Shown here piece after piece: positions 27,512 to 36,429 of a DNA stretch of 64,000 bases. Numbering within the stretch: the first letter of the stretch is position 1; every line of letters starts with the position of its first letter. The notes below the pieces were generated by a model. That model was not told where the DNA came from and did not search any database. It was given only the letters and a program-made list of their open reading frames with translations. The DNA lies in IMG/VR virus record IMGVR_UViG_3300045988_079613. One strand, 5' to 3'. The DNA is from a virus. The translations under genes were made by a program, and so were the position numbers.

Positions 27512-27705
27512 TGAAAGCTAAATATATTAGAAAAAGTTTATTTGAAACTAATAAGCATTTTGAGCGTCGTGTAAACGATGCTCTTAATGCTTGTACAGAT
27601 ATAGAACGTATTATATTAGATTATAATTATGTAACTATAATGTACAAAGAGAATAGTAACGTTAAGTCTCCTAAGAAAATACAAGGATTTCTACTTAACA
27701 AGTAA
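27511..27705 (+). CDS. hypothetical protein (64 aa)
   Basis: Track ORF with a 1-nt (TAATG) overlap onto the previous stop. Confidence 0.6.
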   Translation: MKAKYIRKSLFETNKHFERRVNDALNACTDIERIILDYNYVTIMYKENSNVKSPKKIQGFLLNK

Positions 27706-27729
27706 TAAAAAATAAAAATTATCAAGATT

Positions 27730-28341
27730 ATGGAAAAAGTTATTTATATAGATAAGCGTCAAGCAGAATATACAACAAAAGTAGCAACAGAATCTCGTAA
27801 TGAGAATAAAAATGCTAAGCTTTCTAAGAAAGAACGCATTAAACAAATACTTAAAGAAGCAGGATATGATCCTACTATCAAGTATACTAATAAAGAAAAA
27901 CGTAAATTTACACGTATTGTAAAGAACAAATTATTTGAAAAACCAAAACCTGTTACGTTAACTAAAGAACAGATAAAGGAGCGTATTAAATTTAAGCAAG
28001 GATTACGAGAACAACTGCTTAAAGAGTGCAAACATATTTCTGAATTTGTTAATAAAAAGATTCAGAAAGGATATACTGCTGCTGAATTATCAGTAAAAGA
28101 AAAAGCTGATATACGTACATTTCAGTATGTAGTACAGAAAAAGTCAGAAGATAATCCACAAAGAGATTATGATTTTTTGACAGACTATTTTAAAGCATCT
28201 TCTCGTGAAGACGCTAAAAATAAAGCTATGAAAATAGCTAAAAAATATGCAGACAATGATGATATAACCGGTATTAGAATCCAGGATAGTAAAGATAATA
28301 ATATTATCTATTATACTAAGTCAAAATTGCTTGCAGCATAA
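27730..28341 (+). CDS. hypothetical Lys-rich protein (203 aa)
   Basis: Track ORF. Confidence 0.65.
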   Translation: MEKVIYIDKRQAEYTTKVATESRNENKNAKLSKKERIKQILKEAGYDPTIKYTNKEKRKFTRIVKNKLFEKPKPVTLTKEQIKERIKFKQGLREQLLKECKHISEFVNKKIQKGYTAAELSVKEKADIRTFQYVVQKKSEDNPQRDYDFLTDYFKASSREDAKNKAMKIAKKYADNDDITGIRIQDSKDNNIIYYTKSKLLAA

Positions 28342-28350
28342 TTTTATGGA

Positions 28351-28467
28351 TCCCTAGTAGCTCAGCGGTAGAGCATCCTGTAATTCGTATATATTGATGT
28401 AATATTCGTATTACTATATATTCGTATATGTTAGGGGAGGTCGTCGGTTCAAATCCGAAATAGGGAA
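28351..28467 (+). tRNA. tRNA-Thr(CGU)-like gene with a triplicated anticodon-loop segment (about 45 extra nt)
   Basis: Acceptor TCCCTAG/ATAGGGA and D arm GCTC-AGCGGTA-GAGC. Variable and T region AGGTC-GTCGG-TTCAAAT-CCGAA. Three TTCGTAT units at 28384, 28405 and 28421 lie between the anticodon-stem strands. Confidence 0.5.
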
Positions 28468-28487
28468 CAAACTAACATTATTATATT

Positions 28488-30437
28488 ATGATTATACGAG
28501 ATAAGATTGTTTATGTATATGATATTGAGGTATTCCCCAATGTTTTCCATTGTACTGTAAAAAATACAGAAACAGGTGAATTGCATAAATTTGAAATATC
28601 TTGCAGAAGAAATCAATTAGATGAATTAGTTAATTTCTTTCATACAGTTGATACAGATTATACTTTCGGAGAATTATATACTACAAAAATTCAGTTAAAT
28701 ACTGATAAATTATTTTGTGGCTATAACAATCTTCATTATGATAACCCTATTATAAACTATATAATAGATTATTATATTATAATGAAATACAAAGGATATA
28801 GAGATATATGTAGATCTATATTCAACTTAAGTAAAGTAATTACTACTTCAAGTGAAGATGATATTAGAGCTTGGAGTAAGTGGAAGTATATGATTTGTTT
28901 TGATTCATTCGATATTCTTACTATGCTTTATAGTAATAAGTTAAGAGTAGGTTTGAAAGAAATTCAAGTAACAATGCAGTACAAAAATGTACAAGAATTT
29001 GTTGCAGATTGGCAGGCAGATTTACCTGAGAATCAGATAGATTCAATGATTGAATATAATATTAATGATGTTAATTCTACTGAGGAATTACTCAATAGAT
29101 GTAAAAAAGATGTAGATTTAAGATTAGCTATCGAAGATGAATACGGAGTAAGAGTACTTAGTAAAGACGGAGTAAACATTGGAATGAAGATTTTAACTCA
29201 GAAATATCTTGAAAAAACAGGTCAAACCTGGTATGATATTAAAGATTTAAGATCTCCAATGGATGTAATACCCTTGAATAAGGTAATACTACCGTTTATT
29301 AAGTATGATAGTCCTATACTTCAAAAAGTACTAGATGATATGAAAAATCAAATAGTATCTCCAGGAAGAAAAGGGTATGAAAATAAATTCATATTTGAAG
29401 GACTAAGATATTCTGTAGGAGTTGGAGGAATTCATTCAGTGAATGATCCTGAAATAGTTATACCAAAAGAAGATGAAATGCTCATTGATATAGATGTTGC
29501 ATCACTATATCCAAGTATGCTAATAGAATATGGGTTCTATCCTAAACATTTAGGACCTGAATTTCTAGAAGTATATAGACAAATTAAAGATGAGCGCATC
29601 GAAGCTAAACACAATGGCAATAAGGTTAAAAACGAAACCTTAAAGCTTGCTCTCAATGGATTATCAGGTAACTTACAGAATCCACATAATTTCTGTTATA
29701 GTCCATTTGCAGTAATGCAAATACGTATAAATGGACAGTTACTATTACTAATGCTAGCTGAAAAACTAACCCAATTAGGATGTCGAATCGTCCAAGCTAA
29801 TACAGACGGTTTGTTTGTATTACTTAAAAAATCTATATATGATAATGTAAACAAAGTATGCAGAGAATGGGAACAACTTACTAAACTTACTTTAGAAGAG
29901 GAACGTTTTAAGGCTATGTATCAATATGCTATAAATGACTACTTTGCTATTACTGAAGATAATAAAGTAAAAGAAAAGGGTATGTTTATTACTACTGTGA
30001 AACTAGGGAAAGGTCTAACTCCGAAGATCATACCGAAAGCAGTAATAAACTTTTTTAAGAATGGAGTGCCGGTAGAAGAAACTATAAAAGGTTGTCAAGA
30101 CATTAGAGATTTTCTAATGGCTGAAAAAACTGGTAAACAATGGCATGTTGAGTATAATAATAAAGAACAACAAAGAACTAACCGTTTCTATGCAAGTACT
30201 AATGGTGCTTATTTATGGAAATGGAAAGAGAAGGATACCAATCGTTTTGATATAAGTATTCCGTGTCCTACAGAAAAACAGTATCAGAATATGCTTACTG
30301 CATCAGGTGTTACTTTATTAAATTACTTAGACGATAAACCAATTGAAGAGAGAAAGATTAATTATAGGTACTACATTATGGAAGCCTATAAAATAATCCG
30401 TGAATTAAAACCGTTACAAATGAGTCTGTGGGATTAA
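28488..30437 (+). CDS. family B DNA polymerase with 3-5 exonuclease domain
   Basis: Exonuclease motifs YDIEVFPN, NNLHYDNPI and YNINDV. Polymerase motifs DVASLYPS, KLALNGLSGN and QANTDGLF. Confidence 0.85.
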   Translation: MIIRDKIVYVYDIEVFPNVFHCTVKNTETGELHKFEISCRRNQLDELVNFFHTVDTDYTFGELYTTKIQLNTDKLFCGYNNLHYDNPIINYIIDYYIIMKYKGYRDICRSIFNLSKVITTSSEDDIRAWSKWKYMICFDSFDILTMLYSNKLRVGLKEIQVTMQYKNVQEFVADWQADLPENQIDSMIEYNINDVNSTEELLNRCKKDVDLRLAIEDEYGVRVLSKDGVNIGMKILTQKYLEKTGQTWYDIKDLRSPMDVIPLNKVILPFIKYDSPILQKVLDDMKNQIVSPGRKGYENKFIFEGLRYSVGVGGIHSVNDPEIVIPKEDEMLIDIDVASLYPSMLIEYGFYPKHLGPEFLEVYRQIKDERIEAKHNGNKVKNETLKLALNGLSGNLQNPHNFCYSPFAVMQIRINGQLLLLMLAEKLTQLGCRIVQANTDGLFVLLKKSIYDNVNKVCREWEQLTKLTLEEERFKAMYQYAINDYFAITEDNKVKEKGMFITTVKLGKGLTPKIIPKAVINFFKNGVPVEETIKGCQDIRDFLMAEKTGKQWHVEYNNKEQQRTNRFYASTNGAYLWKWKEKDTNRFDISIPCPTEKQYQNMLTASGVTLLNYLDDKPIEERKINYRYYIMEAYKIIRELKPLQMSLWD

Positions 30438-30494
30438 CAAAGACTTATCAAATATATTTCAGAAAAACATGACTCATATAAAAAATATGAGAAT

Positions 30495-31061
30495 ATGATT
30501 TTAGAAATAGACACCTCAATCCTTGAACGGATTGAAAATTTATCTATTAATCAGTTAGTATTCCTAACCCTTGTATTGAATGATAATCAAACCATCAATC
30601 AAGACATTCAGAGACTTCTCAGCCTAGTTAATGAAGAAGAGATACAAGAGTTAGAAAATCAAGGTTTAATAACTATCACAAAATCTGATAGTAACCAAGT
30701 CATAAGTAAAACATCAAAATTAATTGAACTTCTAAAAGAAGATAAATCTATGTTTGATGAATTTTATGACCTATTTCCAGTTTATGTTATAAGACCTGAC
30801 GGAACTAAAGGTTTCTTAAGAGCTAATATAAACAAATGTAGGAAGGAATATAATCGTATAGTAGGCAAAAGTAAAGCTATGCATCAGCATATATGCAACT
30901 GCCTTAAATTTGAGATAGAAAATAAAATGCTTACTGGAAAAATAGGTTATATGAAAACTATGTGGAAATGGCTCACTCAACATGAGTGGGAAACCTATGA
31001 AGAGCAAATGAAAGTAGAACAACCATTAATTGAAAATAATTATGGAACAGATATCTACTAA
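30495..31061 (+). CDS. hypothetical protein (188 aa), replication-module position
   Basis: Track ORF lying between the polymerase and helicase genes. Confidence 0.6.
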   Translation: MILEIDTSILERIENLSINQLVFLTLVLNDNQTINQDIQRLLSLVNEEEIQELENQGLITITKSDSNQVISKTSKLIELLKEDKSMFDEFYDLFPVYVIRPDGTKGFLRANINKCRKEYNRIVGKSKAMHQHICNCLKFEIENKMLTGKIGYMKTMWKWLTQHEWETYEEQMKVEQPLIENNYGTDIY

Positions 31062-32016
31062 TACACTTACATTTCGTCATATATCTTCTGCAGCTATAGA
31101 GGCAGTAGAATATATAAAGAAGAGAAAAAATCATGAGATTGAATCTCTTAAGACAAGGTGGAAGAAGTTCAATACTCAATGTATGGGAGGGATTGAACCC
31201 AATACTATTTATACTATAGTAGGTATATCTGGTAGTGGAAAGTCTTCATTTGTGAATACGTTAGAAAATGATTTAATAGATCTCAATTCTGATCAGGATG
31301 TTATAGTACTTAATTTCTCTTTTGAGATGCTAAGTTCTAGGCAAGTAGGTAGAAAAATAAGCAGTAAGTTAAGGCAAACTACTGCTGAGCTATATAGCGC
31401 TAATGATAGTCTTACAGACGAATTATTAGAGAATGTTGAAGAAACAACTCAACAAATAAAGTCATATCCGATATATTATGTAGATACACCGGGAACAGTT
31501 GACAATATAGCTTCTACTATAGATTACTTCTATGAGAATAAGGCTAAAGGCAAGAGATTTGTGATCATATTAGATCATACATTACTTGTTGAAGGTCAAG
31601 CTTCTGCCTTGCAAGTGATTTCGGATTTACAGAAACTATTTATTAAGGTAAAAAAATACCCTAATACTACTATAATTCAGTTATCACAGATGAACCGAAA
31701 CATTGAAGCTCCTGATAGAATTAACAATCCTTCTATGCATTATCCAATGCGTAGTGATATTTCTTCTGCTGATACAATATTTCATGCTTCTGATTATGTT
31801 ATTTGTATTCATAGACCAGAATTACTCAATATACAACAATATGGACCAAATCGTTTACTAGTTAAGAACAAAGTCTATCTGCATATACTAAAAAACAGAG
31901 ATGCGGGCGAATGTTCAATATTAGAGTTTGATAACGATCTAAAATACAATAATTTAATTGAAACAGTACGAGACGAAGAACCAGCAAAGAAATTTTCGTT
32001 TAGTAATAACAATTAA
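31030..32016 (+). CDS. DnaB-like replicative helicase (RecA-fold ATPase domain)
   Basis: Walker A GISGSGKSSF and Walker B-like FVIILDHTLL. Also QLSQMNR and a DnaB C-terminal-like layout. Confidence 0.6.
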   Translation: MKIIMEQISTNTLTFRHISSAAIEAVEYIKKRKNHEIESLKTRWKKFNTQCMGGIEPNTIYTIVGISGSGKSSFVNTLENDLIDLNSDQDVIVLNFSFEMLSSRQVGRKISSKLRQTTAELYSANDSLTDELLENVEETTQQIKSYPIYYVDTPGTVDNIASTIDYFYENKAKGKRFVIILDHTLLVEGQASALQVISDLQKLFIKVKKYPNTTIIQLSQMNRNIEAPDRINNPSMHYPMRSDISSADTIFHASDYVICIHRPELLNIQQYGPNRLLVKNKVYLHILKNRDAGECSILEFDNDLKYNNLIETVRDEEPAKKFSFSNNN

Positions 32017-32031
32017 AAAAGGCTGAAAATT

Positions 32032-32547
32032 ATGAAAACATATACAATTACATTACCGAAGAAAGAAGATACCGCAAAAATTTATAAAGATAATTTGTTG
32101 AAACGAGTAATCACTGCTTACCCTTGGTTGACAGTAGATAGTAAATTTGATTATCCGTATTCCAATAATGGTGTAGAGTATGCATCTGCAGGAGATGTTA
32201 TCACTCTTGGTTTGAGCAATACTCATAAAGTTAGCTGGCTTCCTAAAGAATGCACTAACTGTCCGTTTAAGTGTTGGAACGAAGATACTATTAATTTCGA
32301 TCTTGAGAAAGAATTCTTTAAAGCAATTAATGCTCTTGATATATTTGCTAAAGAAAACTATCCGTTTAAGAAAGATTATGACTTTGAAGACGAATTTGGT
32401 ACCCCTATCAAGATCTTCGATAATTTCGTACAGATTGGATACGATATTATTCCAATTATGCCGGGTTCATTGAATCATTTGAAACCTAAAACAAAGAAAA
32501 CTATTATCAATATCACGATTAAGATTAAAAATCGTGGTTTATTCTAA
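32032..32547 (+). CDS. hypothetical protein (171 aa)
   Basis: Track ORF. Confidence 0.65.
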   Translation: MKTYTITLPKKEDTAKIYKDNLLKRVITAYPWLTVDSKFDYPYSNNGVEYASAGDVITLGLSNTHKVSWLPKECTNCPFKCWNEDTINFDLEKEFFKAINALDIFAKENYPFKKDYDFEDEFGTPIKIFDNFVQIGYDIIPIMPGSLNHLKPKTKKTIINITIKIKNRGLF

Positions 32548-32564
32548 TAAAATAATTATTCCAT

Positions 32565-32597
32565 ATATCAGAAACTTATCAGAAACTTATCAGAGGA
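32565..32597 (+). repeat. 3 x 11-nt tandem iterons ATATCAGAAAC / TTATCAGAAAC / TTATCAGAGGA
   Basis: Direct reading. Ends 20 nt before the ATPase start codon. Confidence 0.7.
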
Positions 32598-32617
32598 ATA
32601 TAACATAAATAAGCTTT

Positions 32618-33358
32618 ATGATTGTATTACCAAAAGAAAAGATAAAAGCCAAGGTAGAAAATCCTAGATTTTTAATACTATTTGGCAAACCAAAAGCTGG
32701 TAAAACTACTTTAGTATCTAGATTAGATAATAATCTAATTATAGACTTAGAAGGAGGATCAGAGTTTTTGGAAGCATTAGCTGTACAAGCTAGATCTGTA
32801 AAGGATTTAGGAGATATAGCTAGTGCTATTAAAGAAGAAATTAAACAAACAGGTAAAAAACCTTATAAGTATATTACTATAGATAATGCTTCTAGATTAG
32901 AAGAAATGTGCATGAGTTTTGCAGTACAATTGTATAAGGCTACTCCAATGGGAAAAGGTTATACCGGTTCTGATGTTAGAACACTGCCAAATGGATCTGG
33001 TTACTTATATTTACAACAAGCTGTAAGAAAAGTAATAGATATGTTTAAAGAACTATGCGATAATCTAATCCTAATTGGTCACTTAAAAGATAAAATGATT
33101 AATAAAGAAGGAGAAGAATTATCTGAAATGTCTCTTGATTTGGTAGGTAAACTTGCAAATATTATATGTGGTGAAGCGGATGCAGTAGGCTATGTATATA
33201 GAAAGAAGAATGAAACTCATATTTCTTTTGAAGGAGGAGATAATTCTGTAAGAGAAGCAAGAGCACCTCATTTAAGAGGAAAAAACATAGTAGTAGCAGA
33301 AAGTGATGCAGATAATGTAATTACTACTTATTGGGACAAAATTTATTTACCTGAATAA
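32618..33358 (+). CDS. AAA_24/Sak4-like recombination ATPase
   Basis: N-terminal P-loop LILFGKPKAGKTTL with an overall RecA-like layout (LILIGHLKD). Confidence 0.6.
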   Translation: MIVLPKEKIKAKVENPRFLILFGKPKAGKTTLVSRLDNNLIIDLEGGSEFLEALAVQARSVKDLGDIASAIKEEIKQTGKKPYKYITIDNASRLEEMCMSFAVQLYKATPMGKGYTGSDVRTLPNGSGYLYLQQAVRKVIDMFKELCDNLILIGHLKDKMINKEGEELSEMSLDLVGKLANIICGEADAVGYVYRKKNETHISFEGGDNSVREARAPHLRGKNIVVAESDADNVITTYWDKIYLPE

Positions 33359-33371
33359 AAATGATTAAGTT

Positions 33372-33974
33372 ATGATTTACAGCACAGAATTAGCAAACAA
33401 AATAGAAACTACAGACGTTTTAAAAAGTAAATACTTAGAAGCAGGTATTCACGAAGACGTACAGCTTGTAGGAGCAAAAGTTGACAAGTCTATTAATGGA
33501 AATATCTTTCTTGAGGTAAAATTTACTAAAGAAGGACAAGATTTAACTCATACAGAATGGGAATCTACTAAGAAACCTGGAGAATCTGATGAAGAATGTC
33601 AAACTAGAGGTAGTAAACAGGTTAAGAGAATTATGCAAATTCTTGAATGTTTCTACCCTAAAGAAGCGCTAGTATTTGCTGGTTCTTCTTATAAAGACTT
33701 TGTTGATTGGGTTGCTATGATGCTAAATGCAGCAAACAAGAATATTTTACTTAGAGTAAAGATAGTATATAATAAAAAGGGATATACTACATTGCCTAAT
33801 TATTGTAAGTTTACTTTTATCGAACCAATGAATCTTCCTGAAGGAGAGAAGAGTAAAATTGCAGAATTGAGTATAGACCAATTTACTAAACCTATAATAG
33901 CAGATGTAGAAACTAAGGATACTAATCCTCTAATGGAAACATCTTCTGATCCAACAGGTGATCTTCCTTTTTAA
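33372..33974 (+). CDS. putative single-stranded DNA-binding or annealing protein
   Basis: Sits in the replication module. The acidic C-terminal tail ends in GDLPF, resembling the SSB D-D-D-I-P-F tip. Confidence 0.4.
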   Translation: MIYSTELANKIETTDVLKSKYLEAGIHEDVQLVGAKVDKSINGNIFLEVKFTKEGQDLTHTEWESTKKPGESDEECQTRGSKQVKRIMQILECFYPKEALVFAGSSYKDFVDWVAMMLNAANKNILLRVKIVYNKKGYTTLPNYCKFTFIEPMNLPEGEKSKIAELSIDQFTKPIIADVETKDTNPLMETSSDPTGDLPF

Positions 33975-34021
33975 AGAAGAAAATAAAATAACAGTAGCTA
34001 CCTAGAGCATAAGCTAGGAAT

Positions 34022-34085
34022 ACGTAGGTTAGTGCACCGCACTATGAAAAATGAGTGATACACAATAGTGCACAACCTACGTTTT
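34022..34085 (+). terminator. long hairpin (15 bp with one bulge) followed by TTT
   Basis: ACGTAGGTT-A-GTGCAC ... GTGCAC-AACCTACGT. Confidence 0.55.
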
Positions 34086-34089
34086 AAAT

Positions 34090-34176
34090 AGGAGTTTCTG
34101 ATATTCAGAAATATGGTATAAATAAGAAAAAGATGTATTTCTCATTTATTATAGAGTTCGAATCTCTATACTCCTA
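34090..34176 (+). ncRNA. tRNA-like element with a 12-bp arm in place of the anticodon arm
   Basis: Acceptor AGGAGTT/TACTCCT (6 bp) and a perfect T arm TAGAG-TTCGAAT-CTCTA. The D position is the palindrome TTTCTGA-TAT-TCAGAAA. The central arm 34118-34149 is 12 bp long with an 8-nt loop. Confidence 0.35.
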
Positions 34177-34191
34177 CTAAAAATATATCAT

Positions 34192-35172
34192 ATGATTTAC
34201 GATACAACGAAAATAATAAAAGATGATGATAATATTACTTTAGATTATATACTTTCTAAAGTAACAGAGTATGATATATATGCTGCGTATATAGGTAATT
34301 TTAAAGTAGGAATGATTTATAATAGTCCATTTCGTAAAGATAGAAACCCATCATTTGGATGTTTCTATAGTAAGACTAGTAAACAATTAATGTTTAAAGA
34401 TCATGGAACTGGAGAATGTGGTAATGTTATTAAATTTGTAAGCATTTATACAGGATTAACAAATTATAATGATATACTTAAGGATATTATTCAGAAACTT
34501 AAAATTACTAAAGATACGCAATTAGTTAGCTCTAAGCAATATATACCGTCAACTGAAACAGTAATTGGTGTAGTACGTCAGAATTTCACTGATACTGACA
34601 TCAATTACTGGAAGCAGTTTAATATTACGGTAGATACTTTAAAGAAGTTTGGAGTAAGTAGTATAAAATACTACCTATGTAATGGCATAGTAAAAAGCAT
34701 TTATAAAGATGAAAATCCAATGTACGCATATAAGGTGTACAATCACTTTAAGATATATAAACCTTTAGCAGACAAATATACGAAATGGCGTAATAATTTA
34801 ACTGAATATGATATTCAGGGATATAAACAATTACCTAAAACTGGGGACATACTTATTATAACAAAGAGTATGAAAGACGTCATGTGTTTATATGAAATGG
34901 GGATACCAGCAATATCTCCTTCTTCAGAGTCAACTTTTATACCCAATAAGGTTGTAGAACAGCTTAAGAAGCGTTTTAAGCGTATTATTATAATGTTTGA
35001 TAGAGATGAAGCTGGAGTTAAATATCTTCGTAAAATGAGCCTTAAAACAGGTTTAGAAGGATTACTAGTCCATAAAAAATTTAAAGCAAAAGATATATCT
35101 GATGCGATTAAAGCAAATGGATTTGAGAAAGTAAAAAAATGGTTATATGAAGAAATAGAAAAAACAAGGTAG
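34192..35172 (+). CDS. DNA primase (Toprim domain)
   Basis: Toprim-like ILIITKSMKDV...PSSE...IIIMFDRDEAG. The N-terminal segment is primase-like. TAG stop with a back-up TAA 6 codons later. Confidence 0.65.
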   Translation: MIYDTTKIIKDDDNITLDYILSKVTEYDIYAAYIGNFKVGMIYNSPFRKDRNPSFGCFYSKTSKQLMFKDHGTGECGNVIKFVSIYTGLTNYNDILKDIIQKLKITKDTQLVSSKQYIPSTETVIGVVRQNFTDTDINYWKQFNITVDTLKKFGVSSIKYYLCNGIVKSIYKDENPMYAYKVYNHFKIYKPLADKYTKWRNNLTEYDIQGYKQLPKTGDILIITKSMKDVMCLYEMGIPAISPSSESTFIPNKVVEQLKKRFKRIIIMFDRDEAGVKYLRKMSLKTGLEGLLVHKKFKAKDISDAIKANGFEKVKKWLYEEIEKTR

Positions 35173-35527
35173 AGTTCGAAACGCAACCCCTAATGAATAT
35201 GAAGGAATTAAATTTCGAAGCAAACTTGAAACCTATACATACAAAAAGCTGAAAGAAGCAAATATCCTAGCAGATTATGAAATGCATAGGTATGAGCTAC
35301 TTCCAGCTTTTACTTTTAACAATAAAAAATATAGAGCAATAACCTATTTACCAGACTTTGTTGGTAAAGGTTTTATAATTGAATGTAAAGGCTTTCCTAA
35401 TGAAGCTTGGCCTTTGCGTGAAAAGCTATTTAACTATTATTTGTACACACATGAGCCTAAGACAGCGTTCTATGTAGTACATACACAGAAACAAGTTGAT
35501 GAGTTAATCAACAAGTTAAAAACATAA
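35147..35527 (+). CDS. DUF1064-type PD-(D/E)XK nuclease (putative Holliday-junction resolvase) with in-frame TAG at codon 4
   Basis: ATG at 35147, TAG at 35156-35158, then NEYEGIKFRSKLE...YLPDF...IIECKG. The track ORF (35282) lacks the conserved N-terminal 45 codons, and no other start exists in that frame. Confidence 0.6.
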
Positions 35528-35529
35528 AA

Positions 35530-36378
35530 ATGAATATTATGGCAGAATTTATTAAGATCGGAAATGAGATTACAGTTAAACCTAAGTTAGAAGGTATTTC
35601 TTATGAACTCATAAGTAACAAAGTATACGATCTAGAGTATGATAGAATGCAAGGTAGATCTTATCTCAAAGAAAATGGAGATTTGAATATGCCAAAGAAA
35701 TTATACAAACTAGAAGAAGATAATAAATTTATTAAACGTGTATTAAGTTATTTTAATTCTGATAATTCTGGAAAGACAACCGGTATATTACTTGCAGGTA
35801 CTAAAGGTACAGGCAAAACAATGCTCTCTAAACGTATTGCCTTAGAAAGTAATTTACCTATTATTATAGTAGCAAACGACTACCCTGCTAATAAACTTAC
35901 TAGTTTCTTTAAACATTTTACTACTCCTGTAGTAGTTATGTTTGATGAGATTGAAAAAAATACTTATTGGTGGGAAACTAAGGATCTGTTAGGATTCTTA
36001 GACGGTGTAGAAGCTACATCTAAAAAACTGGTATTGATGACCTGTAACAAAACAGATCAGATAGACGATAACTTCTTTGATCGTTGTTCACGTGTTCGTT
36101 ATTTTAAAGAATATGAAGCAAACTCTAATTCTGTATTTGTACGCTGTATAGCAGAAGATAAAGGAATAAAGAATATAGATGAAGTTGTGAATTTCATCGT
36201 TGAACATATAGAAGTTAAATCATTTGATAATATTTCAGCATTCTTAGATGAAGTTGTTCTCTTCGAAGATATTCCATTAGACAAATTAGCTAAAGATATG
36301 AATCTTAGCTTAAATGGAGTAATAAGAACAGGAACTAATATTTCTGATGAGGATGAAATAAATGAAGTTCTATTCTAA
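35530..36378 (+). CDS. AAA+ ATPase
   Basis: Walker A LLAGTKGTGKTML and Walker B VVVMFDEIEK. Confidence 0.7.
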   Translation: MNIMAEFIKIGNEITVKPKLEGISYELISNKVYDLEYDRMQGRSYLKENGDLNMPKKLYKLEEDNKFIKRVLSYFNSDNSGKTTGILLAGTKGTGKTMLSKRIALESNLPIIIVANDYPANKLTSFFKHFTTPVVVMFDEIEKNTYWWETKDLLGFLDGVEATSKKLVLMTCNKTDQIDDNFFDRCSRVRYFKEYEANSNSVFVRCIAEDKGIKNIDEVVNFIVEHIEVKSFDNISAFLDEVVLFEDIPLDKLAKDMNLSLNGVIRTGTNISDEDEINEVLF

Positions 36379-36429
36379 TGATACTATTTTATTCAATACT
36401 TATTTATAAACTTACTAAATTCTTACAAT

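Noticed and set aside
35152-35172. A +1 frameshift or transcriptional slippage at the A6 run (35158-35163), fusing the primase to the downstream nuclease frame.
   Set aside because: A simpler model exists: an in-frame ATG at 35147 followed by a single TAG, in a genome with a demonstrated amber suppressor.
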